Source: Octopus sinensis (lineage: Eukaryota). Taken from it: a DNA stretch of 64,000 nt. The notes under the pieces were generated by a model. That model was given only the letters and a program-made list of their open reading frames with translations, did no database searches and was not told where the DNA came from. The stretch is taken from assembly GCF_006345805.1 (NCBI RefSeq), contig NW_021833051.1, positions 1 to 64,000 of the forward strand, read 5' to 3'. The translations under genes were made by a program, and so were the position numbers. Positions 27,531 to 41,835 of this stretch are shown here, in pieces (the stretch's first letter is position 1; each line of letters starts with the position of its first letter).

Positions 27531-27786
27531 ATTGTAATATATGATAAATCGGCACATGAACGATGAACAGTGAGTTTTGGCAGATTCGAACGTGAATGTA
27601 GTAATCGCTGCTGTGTTACGTTTCAGGAGAACAACTTCTCTTTTACGACGAATGCTTGTTCATAACACATTCGATTCATCAGCTCAAGGGACTCTGGGAC
27701 ATCCGCAGTCTCGACACCGTTTTGTCTCGTCATATAATATAATATAATATAATATAATATAATATAATTTAATGTAATATAATCTC

Positions 27787-28168
27787 TCTATATATAAACG
27801 GCAGTTTGTCTGTGCGTGTTTCTGTGTGTCTGTTTGCTTGTACCTTCACCCTGACCACGGCTTTCAACCGATTCTGATGAAACTTGACACACACATAGCC
27901 CAATGTCATAATTCAAAACTAACGCAGCGAAAATTTTGAAAAGTTCCCCCAGTTCTGAAAAAAATCGATAAATTCGACATGGGGTCGAGAATCAAAAAAA
28001 ACAAACCACAGACTGTCTAGGGGACGCAACTCAACCTTTTTTTACTCTCAAAAAAAATTTACCATCATTTTTTTTCCATTTTTTTGCTATTTTTTGGCTA
28101 TAACTCTCTAAAAATGCTTTATAGTTATTTCCCTTACAAACCTGAGCAACGCCGGGCGATACTGCTAG
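27787..28168 (+). mobile_element. Non-autonomous Helitron-like element
   Basis: 5' TC (TCTATATATAAACGG), 3' CCTGAGCAACGCCGGG hairpin plus CTAG; near-identical copy at 52767-53140. Confidence 0.85.
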
Positions 28169-28574
28169 TATTATATAATATAATGTAATATGATAATATG
28201 ATATTTTCCCCGCTCATTTTGCATTATAACTCTTACCTCTCTTTATGACTTCCGTCTCTTCGTGATTTATAGCCTCTCCGCCACATCTCTTGTACGCATT
28301 CTGATGTATTACCAACCCATACGTTCTCTCTCAGGTTGCTTCTCTTACCACCCAGTACCTCCCCTTTTCTTTATCTCACAACCCTCCCTTTATTTCACTA
28401 CCAACCTTTCCTTCCTTCACTGACCTCGCTGCATTCAGCCGCTGCTCCCATACCCCTCTCTTCCACAGCCCTCTCTTTTCAGACTCAAGGGTTGTCCCTT
28501 GCGACATACACACTAGCTATGCCATTGTCTCTTTCCCTACCCCTTGGTTTTTGTCTCTTTCACTACCTATTGGT

Positions 28575-29620
28575 TTCAAATTCTGGCACAAGGCCAGTAA
28601 GTTGTGGGGAGGGGCCTAGTTGATTACATCGACCTCCAAAGCTCAACTGGTACTTATTTTAATAACCCTGAAAGGATAAAAGACAAATTTGACCTCGGTG
28701 AAATTTGAACTCAGAACGTAGATATGAACGAAATGCCGCTAACCATTTTGCCAGCGCGCCGTCTTATCCTCCCGCAAATATTCTTTTCTACTCTAGGCAC
28801 AAGGCCCGAAATTTTTGGGGAGAGGGTCAGTCGACTAGATCGACCCCCAGTACGCAACTGGTACTTAATTTATCCACTCCCGAAAGGATGAAAGGTAAAG
28901 TCAGCCTCGCCGGAATTTGAACTCTGAACGCAAAGACGGACGAAATACCGCAAAGCATTTTGCACGGCGTGCTAACGTTTCTGCCAGCTTGCCGCCTTTT
29001 AAAATGTATTAATTATTTTCTTTTCTAACCTAGGCACAAGGCCCGACATTTTAGGGGAGGGGACCAGTCGATTAGATCGACCCCAGTACACAACTGGTAC
29101 TTAATTTATCGAGCCCGATAGGATAAAAGGTAAAGTCAACCTCGGCGGAATTTGAACTCAGAACGCAAAGACAAGGAGCTACACACAGAGGGGACAAACA
29201 AGGACAGACAAACGGATTAAGTCGATTATATCGATCCCAGTGCGTAACTGGTACTTATTTAATCGACCCCGAAAGGATGAAAGGCAAAGTCAACCTTGGC
29301 GGAATTTGAACTCAGAACGTAGCGGCAGACGAAATACAGCTAAGCATCTCGCCCGACGTGCTAACATTTCTGCCAGCTCACCGCCTTTTAAAATATGTTA
29401 GTTCTTTTCTTTTCTACTCTAGGTACAATGCCCGAAATTCTTAAGGATAATCCTTCCTACTCTAAGCACAAGGCCTGAAATTTTTTGGGAAGGGGATAAG
29501 TCGATTACACCGACCTCAGTTTTTAACTGGTACTTAATTTATCGACCCCGAAAGGATGAAAGGCAAATTCGATCTCGGAAGAAATATAGCTTAGCATTTC
29601 GTCCAGTTGCCGCCTTATTC
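28575..29620 (-). mobile_element. Cluster of about 5-6 co-oriented SINE type B copies
   Basis: Same core repeated at about 28620, 28830, 29065, 29215 and 29495. Confidence 0.85.
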
Positions 29621-30236
29621 TCCCGCAAATATTATCTACTCCACTTCTCTGTTACTCTCTCCACTAACCTCTCTCGCAATAATGAATCTATTCCTGTCAT
29701 CGCAGTTCACTCTTCCTTAAAGCATGTATGTATAGAAATTTATCAAAATCTCAACCAGCGAAAGATGCTGTACATAGTTGTTCGTCCTGCTAGAAATAGA
29801 TGATCAATCTCCCTCAAATGACATCATATTGAAGACAGGGGAGATTCTGTAGCCATGGTTACTCTTTAAAAGACAAGCTAGTCACAGATGAAATGACTTT
29901 GATCATAAAAGGTAACCCCCCCCCCCCAAAAAAAAAAAAAAACAGAAAACGAAAAAAGGAAACAAGAATAACAAAAGAAAAACTACATCAACCAATAACT
30001 GCTCGATCAGATTCGAACGGAAGTTAAGCAACAGCAGCAGCCAGCAACAGGAGGAGCTGCAACAACAACAACAACGACGACGACGAAGACGACTACGACG
30101 ACGACGACGACCACCACCACAGCCTATCAAATTACTCTCGAGTCAAGTATTAGCTTTCTACTGTTTTTGCCACTTCGTTAGCTTCCCAATCATAAGCGAC
30201 AATATCCTCAAGAATAACACACACACACACACACAC

Positions 30237-30283
<47 letters not shown>

Positions 30284-30483
30284 ACACACACACACACACA
30301 TACGCACACAGACACAGACACAGACACACGCACACATACGCACACATGTATGTATATATGTTTATATATATATGTATATATATATGAATATCTTATATAT
30401 GTGTGTGTATAAGTATATATTATATATATATTTGTATATTGTATATATTTCATATACGTATGTGTGTGTGTGTATATATATAT

Positions 30484-30530
<47 letters not shown>

Positions 30531-30629
30531 GTGTATATATGTATTTGTATGTATATATATATATATATATTTGTATATGCATATATATGTACAAATGAAT
30601 GGGTTTATATATGTGTATATATGTATTTG

Positions 30630-30673
<44 letters not shown>

Positions 30674-31063
30674 GCGTGTTTGTGTTTGTGTGTGTACGTC
30701 TTTGTGTGCGTGTGTGTGTGTGTACGTACGTATGTGTGTGTGTGTTTTTTTAAGCTATACTTCTGAAACGGTGAGTGGAAATCTGGTGAAACGTTAGTCG
30801 GCCTAAATTTTTCTTAATTGCTAAATCATGGAGGAATATAAACTGAGTGCTTTACACAAGTGGCACTTCTTTGTATAGATTTCGAACTGAAGTAGCTGTT
30901 GTTCGCGGAAAGCAAATGACTCACGGCTTAACATATCATAAGCAATATTTATACAGACGAAACTATACGCAAGAAATTGATTTTTAATATACATCGATTT
31001 TATTATATACTTATCTAATTTACACACCGGCTACTTATATAAACATTTAATTTATTTATACGT

Positions 31064-31246
<183 letters not shown>

Positions 31247-31501
31247 GTATATTGTATATATTTCATATACGTATGTGTGTGTGTGTATATATATATATAT
31301 TTATTTATATCTGTACATTGATATGTTGTATGTTTGTACGTTGAATATATGTTTTTAACGTGTGCAGACATGCGTGTGTACACATATCAACAGCTATCAA
31401 CTTAGAATAACACCAATAACACACATGCTCTTAAGTATTTAGATTGGAAGATATTGACTGATGATACGTTTATTTAGATTAAAGACAGACAAACATACAC
31501 A

Positions 31502-31538
<37 letters not shown>

Positions 31539-31759
31539 ATAGATATGTAAAGAAAAAGGTTTATTCAATAGCTTTATCAACTGACCTGCCCACGTTGAAG
31601 TGGTTGTGTATTCCACAGGTATGTGTACCGTTAGCCTTATCCTCAGACACACTCAGCGTGGTACAGTGAGTGTTTTATGAGGCTGTACCTTTGAACCAAA
31701 GGTACAATTCTTCTATCAGCTTCCACACACTTTTTTTCTATCATATTTTCTCAGGAGGC

Positions 31760-32128
31760 TTTTTTCTTCAGCCAATTCGACTGCGACCATGCTGGAACCT
31801 CGAAGAATTTTTGCTGAACACATTGATCCCAGTAATTATTTTTTCAAAGCCTTGTACTTATTCTACCGGTCTCTTTTGTAGAGCCTCTAAGTTACGGGGA
31901 CGTGGACATATCAATACCAGTTATCATGCGGTAGTGGGAGATAAATACACACACACACACACACACATGATGGGCTTCTTTCAGTTTCCTTTTGCCAAAT
32001 CCACTTACAAGGCTTTACCTAAACCGAGGTTATAGTAGAAGACACGTGCCCAAGGTGCCACGCAGGGGTACTGAACCCGGAACCATGTTGTTGGGAAGCA
32101 GACTTCTAGCCACACAGCCACGCCTCCC
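31760..32128 (-). mobile_element. SINE type A
   Basis: Reverse complement of the type A pattern. Confidence 0.8.
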
Positions 32129-32360
32129 ATCCAAAGATAGAATGCTTCTGATTTACGTACAAGGCCTGCGTTTAGAGGCTCAAGGGATAGTCAATACCGT
32201 CGGTCCTAGTTGCGGACTGGCACTTTATTTTACCGAACCTAGAGAGATTAAAGGGAAAGATGACCTCGCTGGGATTTGAACTCAGAACATAAATAACAGG
32301 AAGAAATACCATCAGGCATTTTTCCGATGCTCAAACAATTTTGATGGCTTTCGGTCGTAT

Positions 32361-32620
32361 AAATAAATAAATGCGCCCTTTTAAAGCCTAGCCAGGCTCA
32401 TGGGCCCGGTTTCCCGATTTCAATGGTGTATGTGTTCCCCAGCTGGACGGGACACCAGTCCATCGCAGCGTTACTCATTTTTGCCAGCTGAGTGGACTGG
32501 AGCAACGTAAAATGAAGTGTTTTGTTGAAGAACACAACGCGTCGCCCGGTCCAGGAATCGAAATCACAATCTTACGATCATGATGCTGACACTCTAACCA
32601 CTAAGACACGTGCCTCCACC
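32361..32620 (-). mobile_element. SINE with the type C head/core and a different tail (type D)
   Basis: Shares GTTGCTCCAGTCCACTCAGCTG with type C; tail GGGAAACCGGGCCCATGAGCCTGGCTAGGCTTTAAAAGGGCGCATTTATT. Confidence 0.75.
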
Positions 32621-33067
32621 TTTCGGTCGTATATCGAAGTTATAATGTAAGGCGCTTTTACAAGATGCTACTGTGTATGATTGAACTCACGGCGCTGTGA
32701 TTGCGAAGCAAACTGCTTAACCACTTGATCATGTTTACATACATACATACGTACGTATGGTAGTCTCTGGAGCCCTAGAAAGATGGTTCTGCAATTTCTT
32801 GCTAAACAAGCAGCACTGATGATTTGTTTAGAGTGATCAAGCGTTGGCGCACGGTGTATATGACGTCAGATGTCGAAGTGATCGCAAAGCAAAGTGAAAC
32901 GAATATGTTCAAGGACACAACACTGCCTGATCCGGGAATCGAAGCCACGATCGCAAGATCGTGAGTACAACACTCTAACCACTAGGACATACATCCTCAC
33001 ACATACATACATACATACATACATACATACATACATACATACATACATACATACATACATACATACA

Positions 33068-33101
<34 letters not shown>

Positions 33102-33184
33102 CGTACATACATACATACATACATACATACATACATACATACATACATACATACATACATACATACATACATACATACATACAC

Positions 33185-33543
33185 GTATGCATAGTGTAAA
33201 CATAATAGACCTGACATAATGATTTGGGATCGAGAAGAGAAACTGTACAGTTGTGGAAATCAGTTGTTCAGCGGATGTTAACATAAGGCTAAAGATCTGT
33301 GAAAAAGAAAATACATACGCCGAACTATTGAGGAACCTACAGCTACTCTATCCAGATTACAAGTTCAGGTTTATATCTGTAATTATTGGGGCCCTGAGAT
33401 ATGTAACACACTGCTTAAATACCAATCTTCTCAAAACAAGAAAAGCGAAAGCTGATACGTAAAGTACAGATCCAATCCATCACTGGAACTGTAAAAATCT
33501 GTAAAACTTTCCAGAAGTTTATCATTTAAGTATATATGAGCAC
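33185..33543 (+). mobile_element. RLE-class non-LTR element 3' fragment (R4/NeSL-like) between (ACAT)n arrays
   Basis: KHNRPDIMIWDREEK...VEISC...EK...Y...VIIGAL (PD-(D/E)xK endonuclease); second copy at 48345. Confidence 0.85.
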
Positions 33544-33775
33544 GTACATACATACATACATACATACATACATACATACATACATACATAGTACATACAT
33601 ACATACATGCATACATGCATGCATACATACATACATAATACATACATACATACATACATACATACATAATACATACATACATACATACATACATACATAC
33701 ATACATACATACATACATACACACATACATACCTACATACATACATACATACATACATACATACATACATACATA

Positions 33776-35040
33776 GAGCACGGATTGTGACACTGAAACA
33801 TCTGCAGCAGAGGAAAGAGACCAATAGCCATCTTGTCCAAGTTTGTGACTATGAAACTAACAACATAATAAGGATAGCGAATGAACTCGCGGAGAGGTAC
33901 TGTATAAGAACCGATACAGATCTCACTCCAAGGAGCATTGGTAAAATCTACTTATCAGAACAGCAGAAAAGATATGACCAAGTTTACTGAGAAGATAGTG
34001 CATAGGTACTTGATGCATATCAGTAGCTTGGCATGGAAAGCCTACAGGTTTATGTCATACCACTTTGAAGGCTACACCCAAGCAATCCAAGAATAAGAGA
34101 TCTCCACCAAGTACCTACAACATGTGGAGGCGTAATGGCCCAGTGGTTAGGGCAGCGGACTCGCGGTCGTAGGATAGCGGTTTCAATTCCCAGACCGGGC
34201 GTTGTGAGTGTTTATTGAGCGAAACCACCTAATTGTCCACGAGGCTCCGGCAGGGGGTGGTGGTGATCCCTGCTGTACTCTTTCACTACAACTTTCTCTC
34301 ACTCTTTCTTCTGTTGGCCTGTTCGCTTAGCCAGCGGGGTGGCGTCTTTAAAGGCTAAAACAATGTGAAGCGCATTGTGACCAGCAATGTGTAGCAACAT
34401 CTGATGGCCTAGTCGGTCATGTGATCACGTGACATACAACATAAAAGTTAGAAAACGTTGACACACACACACAAAATGTATGCTGTGCAAGACCAAGACT
34501 GAAGATATCAAGACTATTATTGCCAACTGTGAGAGAATGTCCTCCAGATATTATCTTCCTATGAGGCATGATACTATGGCCAGAACGGTCTGGAACAGGA
34601 TAACAAAAAAAAGCGAATACCCACAAATGAAATTGACCATATTGAGACCGATGGGTAAAAAAAAATACTGGTAGAACTTGAAAATTAAAAGAGCCACCAG
34701 GTTAAAACACAACTCGCCAGATATTGCTGTGTGTGACAGCAACGAAAGGGCATGTTCAGTTTTGGAAATCAGCTGACCCTGGACACGAATGCGGTTAGAA
34801 AAATACAAAAGAATGAGGACATCTATGGACCATTGATAAGGAGTTTGCAAATCCAGTATACAAGATACACTTTCAACTTCATAGCCATTGTTATTGGAGC
34901 AACAGGATACATACCAACCCACCTGGATCAAAGTATGGCTGAACTTGGAATCTTGGGGAGAGAATGCAAATCCTTAATTCATAAGCTACAAAAGATCACG
35001 ATATCTGGGACTATAAAATTGGTGAGATGTTAAGATTTTT
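33776..35040 (+). mobile_element. Second, related RLE-class element fragment with a nested SINE
   Basis: FEGYTQAIQE*EISTKYL, CMLCKTKTEDI...C...RHD zinc-knuckle region, KHNSPDIAV...VLEIS, AIVIGATG. Confidence 0.85.
34124..34434 (+). mobile_element. tRNA-derived SINE with 8-bp TSD
   Basis: TGGCCCAGTGGTTAGGG A box; TACAACAT at 34116-34123 and 34435-34442. Confidence 0.85.
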
Positions 35041-35049
35041 GTTTGTTCC

Positions 35050-35340
35050 TTCTCGAGCCACGACTGGCTCTTAATGGCCGGTTTCCCGGTTTCCTTGGCG
35101 TATAGGTTCCCCACCTGGACGGGCCGCCGGTCTGTCGCAGGTGAGCAGCAAGATGCAGGAAGAAGGAGTGAGAGAAACTTGTGGCGAAAGAGTCAGCAGA
35201 AGTTCGCCATTACCTTCTGCCGGAGCCGCATGGAGCTTAGGTGTTTCACTCATAAACACACACACCACCTGGTCTGAGATTCGAACCCACGATCCCTCGA
35301 CCGCGATCCGCTGCTCTAACCACTAGGCCATGTGTCTCCA
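35050..35340 (-). mobile_element. tRNA-derived SINE related to 34124, with a different tail
   Basis: Minus strand CATGGCCTAGTGGTTAGAGCAGCGG head, GGTTCGAATCTC B box. Confidence 0.8.
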
Positions 35341-36080
35341 CATGGCCTAGTGGTTAGAGCAGCGGACTCCACCTTGAGGTTTAAAGGATGTTAAATCAAG
35401 ATGCCTTAAGATTTAAAGGATTTTAAATCAAGATACTTGTCATCACAACTTTGCTACCAAGCTGGTTGCCAGCGAAAATCTGCTCTAAATTAAAAAGGGA
35501 AAGAGAAGACATAATAGATATACAATGAAAACCGTTATTATGACATTACAGGCAAGAATTCTTTTGAATAAACCTGACTGATTATCCTCATCTCCCCTCT
35601 CATTACTTACACTTCCTTAAATTCTGTCGCAATCTTCCAACATACGCTTCATTTCTTCGAAGGGTCCCTCCCTTCGACTCGTTTGAATATACCTATCAAA
35701 CGGAACGTGAATTTATTATCTGTTGCCTATTTTATTGCCCGTTGTGAGATTTTGTCGATACAAATCAAAAGCAATGTTCTTAGATAATAGTTATTTTTTA
35801 AAGATTTTCTCATGATTAAAACCGAAAATAATGAATGCTATAAAATAAAGAGGAGAATCCTCGGAGAGTCCGTAATGGTCAGTGTTGGCAATTAGTAAGT
35901 ATAAAGAGTTCAAAAACTAGAATAAATTCGCTTGTGAGGAAAAGCTAACGTTTCAAGCAGAATTCGTCGTCGGGAAATTATATTTTCTGTTAGTATTTAA
36001 TGAATAGGACGGATTCTTCCCCATGGCACGCAATTTGTTCCACTTTTGAACTTCTAATAAATGTTATAGTTGATTATATA

Positions 36081-36113
<33 letters not shown>

Positions 36114-36265
36114 ACTATAAATAAAAGATATATGTATATACACAAACATACACACACACGCATATATATACATAAATATGTATATATATATAAATAAATA
36201 TATATATATATAAATAAATATATATATATATTATATATATATATATATATAATATATATATATAA

Positions 36266-36327
<62 letters not shown>

Positions 36328-36638
36328 TATATCTTTTCACACACACATTCACACACATGTATATCTTTTATAATTTACTTGTTTCAGTCATTAAACTGAG
36401 GCCATACTGGGGCACCGCTTTGTAGAGTTTTAGTCGAACAAATTGATCTCAGTACTTAAATATTTTTAAGCTTGGTCTCTTTTGCCGAACCGGTAAACAC
36501 AGACAGAAAGACACACACGCACACATACATACATACATACATACATACATACATACATACATACATACATACATACATACATACATACATCCATCCATCC
36601 ATCCATCCATACATACATGTATGGATACATGAATGCAT

Positions 36639-36683
<45 letters not shown>

Positions 36684-36889
36684 ATATAATAGAAGTATGT
36701 TACAGAAAGAAAATAGAAACTACACGTGGAAATATAGGGGCAAGGAAGAAAGATAAGCGAAAATTCACATTGAAAAAAAAAGGTAAAGGCTTTTTATGAA
36801 AAGTAACAGTAGATAAATACAATTAGATGAACTGGGATAGGAATAAAAGTAATAAAAGTTATTATTGGGAATTGTTAAAGAGATTCAAA

Positions 36890-38110
36890 AGCATACCGGT
36901 TTCGTGAATTTATTAATTATTGCTTTGAATGCACAATGATTAATGAATGGGGTAAGGTCTACTAGCACCTGAGTAAAACGATTATGTGTAAGGGAGCTAA
37001 GTAGTTCTGAATCTGGTGCAATTAGGGTAGATATAGATCTGTAATGCGAATGGTGTATGGGATATATGGGGGTTAGTGGTATTAATTGAAAGGTTTGTAG
37101 TGTTCTGTATTATGTTATGTGTTCATATTGAGTTGTGGAAGATATTTATTGATGAAAGTTGCCTCTTTATTCATTCTTTGTTGTACTGAGGTGTTCTGTG
37201 AACATTGATAGAAGGGGAAAATTAGGAATAATAGTATAACCAATATATATTAATTGTATTATAATTATAAAAATTATAAAAAATTAGATTTTTACTGATT
37301 TTCACTGACTTTTACTTCTTTCAAAATATTTTTAAATATTCTAAAATTATATGTTGAGTAATTTAGTTTACCTATTTACCGATCTAGAAATTTATTATTT
37401 ATCAAAGTTAACATTTAAATAAAATAAATTCACCACATAAAATATTAGACTATTACTATCATACCCTCACTTCTGGCTTCTCCTGATTTATTATTATTCA
37501 CTTCCCTTACACGGTAAATATAAATAATAGTTTAACTTTTAAATGTTAATAAGAATTATCTCCCCTACACAGCAGATCTCAACGTTGGATTATACGATTG
37601 TTTCATGTTTAATTCGCGAAGAGAAAATTACCGTACAGATAAGTTAACACTTCTTTTTACTAATATTTCTTTTTCCTACTTTTATTCCACATTTCTGTTC
37701 ATTATTTACAAAAGTAAAATTATTCTGACAACTTCTAGTTTGTCATGTCTTTATATAGAATGTAAATGACAACTTTTAGTTGACAACTTTTACAATGACA
37801 ACTTTTAGTTTGTCATGTCTTTATATAGAATGTAAATAGCAAAATAAGTTCATATAATCTAGACCTGAAGGTTGGCAATATAATCGTTTTAATATGGTAT
37901 TGTATTTCGAGACCTTCTATTTCAGCAATATCAAGAAATATGTTGTCATGAAACTCGCGTAGTCTATATAATGTAAAGTATATGATTTAGAATAAGAATT
38001 GAAGGTATTAATTTTGATAATTTTTAAATATTTAGTCTTCTGTGTAAATATCGTGGTACATATATATACCTATCGTGGTACAATGTCTTTCAATGATGAT
38101 CGAGTTTCTT
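36890..38110 (-). mobile_element. Degenerate Penelope-like element
   Basis: PFYQCSQNTSVQQRMNKEATFINKYLPQLN (GIY-YIG C-terminus) at about 37120-37217; GAAAC-CG-GTA half-hammerhead at about 36891-36903; upstream extent uncertain. Confidence 0.55.
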
Positions 38111-38133
38111 GAGGGTGATTCTGTCTCTTAAAC

Positions 38134-38326
<193 letters not shown>

Positions 38327-38828
38327 CACTTGGACTATATATGTAGATAGATAAAAAGTTTCAATAGTTGTTGATATTAGTTTTTACGATTTTAGAAAAT
38401 AAAAGATAAAAAGTCCTAGTAATAGCATTTAAAAAATAGGGGTTATATGGAAAAATATATTAATAGAGGGTTATTAAGTAAATTACTGAAAACAAAAGGG
38501 GAATTATAATGGCTGTAAGTGTATAAAAGTAGAATATATGCTTATTCCATTTAACAATGAAATATAGATTATTGTATAAAGTTGGGATAATTTATTATTA
38601 GATTTTTTAAAATATTAGAATTTAAAATTTGAGGGATCTATGGAATAAATTTATATTAATATTATCGTATTAAATATGGCTTATATGCTTATCTTCATAA
38701 ATAAGCATGCTAATATCATGGGTTTAAAATATGGGTTATATGGGTATCCTTCATATGGAAATATATAGGTAATGGATTATTGAATATGCTGCAGAGAACT
38801 AATAAATAATTCATAATTTCAATGTTGG

Positions 38829-38928
<100 letters not shown>

Positions 38929-39904
38929 TATATATATGTATATTTATATTTATATTGAAATAGAGTAAAAAATACTTCATTGACCAAGAAGGGGATATTG
39001 TATATTATTGCATTGAGTTAAGAAAAAATTGATAACAGAGTTTGGGATTAAGTTTTGGAGTTCGAATAAAAATTGAATATTGGTGAGTTAATTGATTCAG
39101 TTCCTTTAAATCTCAAATCTTGTATGTATTACTTTCTTTCATCATGATACAAATAAAATTTAGTAAGTATGCCACTATATTTCTTCTCCATTAACTTCAC
39201 ACACACATCCAATATTTGCTCACTTCCAGCAATCGTCTCTCTATGCAAAGCAAAATTAGTAATTATCAACCTTATCATTTGTATTTGTATATGTTCTGAA
39301 CAGAGTTTAGAGCATAGACTGCATAAACTATGGCGCTCTTTTATCACTGTTTCGCCATCTGAAGCCTATATAAAATATTGACTTTCTATTTAGTGATCAT
39401 ATGTAGACCAGCTTCTATTACGAAAATTATTTGATGCCATATAAGTAATATATAACACTTCCTTCACAAACGTTGAACTTCAAGCTGTAGATCCAAATGA
39501 ATGGTTGAATCAATGACTGGATGAATGAGTTTGGATCAAGATATTAAAATCGAACAGTGAGATTTTTATCAATTATCAGGAACAACTTAAGCTTTCACCT
39601 CTTTAGGATCGATAAAATATATGCCATTTGTACACTTGATCAATTCAACTATTTACATGCCCTTGCATGTTTAATAAGGTGTCAACATGACTGTAAAATA
39701 TTCTCGTTATTTACAAAAAAACAAAATCTCCAAAACCTTGCAACATTTGTTTTGACTTTGTACATTCTGAGTTCAAATCCTACCAAGATAGAAGAAGTAA
39801 AGCACTTAGTCAAGTACTGCGGTCGATGATTTCAACTAAGTTTCTTGAAAATTTCTGGCTTTGTACTTAAATTAGAAACTATTACTTACAAAGTTGTCCT
39901 TAGT

Positions 39905-40295
39905 TATTCTTTTATTCTTTTACATGTTCCAGTCATTAGACTGCGGCCATGCTGGAGCACTACCTTGAAGAATTTTAGTCGATTGAATCAACCCCAGTAC
40001 TTCTTATATTTTCTCAAGCCTAGTACTTATGGTAACTGTCTCTTTTGCTGAACCGTTAATTTACAAGGAACAAAAGTAGAGCAACATTGCTCGTCAAGCG
40101 ATGGTGGGGGACAAATACACTCATACACACACACATATACCGCAGCTTTTTTCAGTTTCCGTCTACCAAATCCACTCACAAGGCTTTGGTCTGCCCGAGG
40201 CTATAGGAGAAGATACTTGCCCAAGGTGCCACGCAGTGGTACTGAACCCGGAACCATGTGGTTGGGAAGCAAGTTACTTATCACATAGCCACACT
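39905..40295 (-). mobile_element. SINE type A
   Basis: Matches the type A pattern; head-to-head with the next copy. Confidence 0.8.
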
Positions 40296-40349
40296 TGCGC
40301 CTATGAATACTTTCATAGATTATTTCAATAAAATTCATTCCCCATGTAG

Positions 40350-40511
40350 GCGGAGGCATGGCTGTGTGGTAAGAAGATTGTTTCCCTACCAAATGGTTCT
40401 GGGTTCAGTCCCACTGAGTGGCACCTTGGGCAAGTGTCTTCTACTATAGCCTCGGGTCGACCAAAACCTTGTGAGTGGATTTGGTCGACGGAAGCTGAAA
40501 GAAGCCCGTCG

Positions 40512-40544
<33 letters not shown>

Positions 40545-41377
40545 CTAGCTGACGTACCCGGTAATTCCCGGGAACGCGGGGCTTATCTCTTGGTTCCGTT
40601 CTCATTATTATTTCACTAATCCAATAACAACAATACAAAGTATGTTGCCCTTACAATGGTTTTTGCGCATTTACAGAGAATACCAAACTGTCTTACAGTT
40701 TTTAGGAATTTCCAATAAGTTATGAATACCCAAATTGTGAAGTCAGTTATGTAATAACATGAAATTAGTTACTCGATAGTAAGAGTTCAAATAAAGTAGC
40801 CCCGAAAAGGACTTTATTGTGTTCCCAGAGTATATAGAACTTAGGGGGAAATGCCAATAAGATATGTATACTAAAATCGTGAAGCATGTTACATAATAAC
40901 AGGCTAATCAGATATGAGATATTAACAATTCAAAGTAAATATCTCTGAAAAGGGCTTTTGTGCGTTCCCAGAGAATATTACCCTCAGTGGCACTAGTATA
41001 TTCCTGAATAAGTCACTAACCGAAGTAAGTGGATCTGTTGATTAGGAAAATACTATTTACTTGTGAAAGGGTTGTACTGGATAAATTACTAAAATAGTTC
41101 AAATACTAAGAAATAAGCATATTAATACCACATGATTTAGGAAAATGAATGGGTTATTTCCCTTGGCTGTTAAAACGAAATATATTAGATATATATAAGG
41201 ATCCCTTCCAGGGACTCTGTTATCGATTTTTTTCAACAATCTGAGTATGCCATGAGCTTTCCAGACATGAGTTCTACCCACGGGTCAAGTTTCATCAAAA
41301 TCGATAAAACAATGTAGGAAGAGTTCGCTAATAACTTCACAAACACACCTAAAGACAGAATTTCTCACATATGTATG

Positions 41378-41417
<40 letters not shown>

Positions 41418-41434
41418 TATACACACCTATATAT

Positions 41435-41520
<86 letters not shown>

Positions 41521-41533
41521 GTATGTATATATA

Positions 41534-41618
<85 letters not shown>

Positions 41619-41835
41619 ATATATATATATATATACGTTTGCGTGCCTTTGTTTATCTCTGTTTATCTCCCCATCACCGCTTGACAACCGGTGTTAATCT
41701 GTTTGCGGTTCGGCAAAGAGACCGATAAAATAAGCTTTAAAACATAAGTCTCGGGGTCGATTTGTTCATCTGAAACCCTTCAAGGCGGTGCTACAGCATG
41801 GCCGCGGTCAAAAGACTGAAACAAGTAAAATAAAA
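40350..41835 (+). mobile_element. SINE type A split by a Helitron-like insertion in its (TA)n middle
   Basis: Head 40350-40515, tail 41630-41835. Confidence 0.8.
40545..41365 (-). mobile_element. Non-autonomous Helitron-like element
   Basis: Minus 3' end CCCGGGAATTACCGGG hairpin plus CTAG (40545-40548); shares CGATT(C/T)TGATGAAACTTG with the 27787 family. Confidence 0.7.

Noticed and set aside
27640-27700. CTGATGA followed by a hairpin on the minus strand (similar cases near 6110 and 14915)
   Set aside because: No GAAA after the stem and no stem I or III
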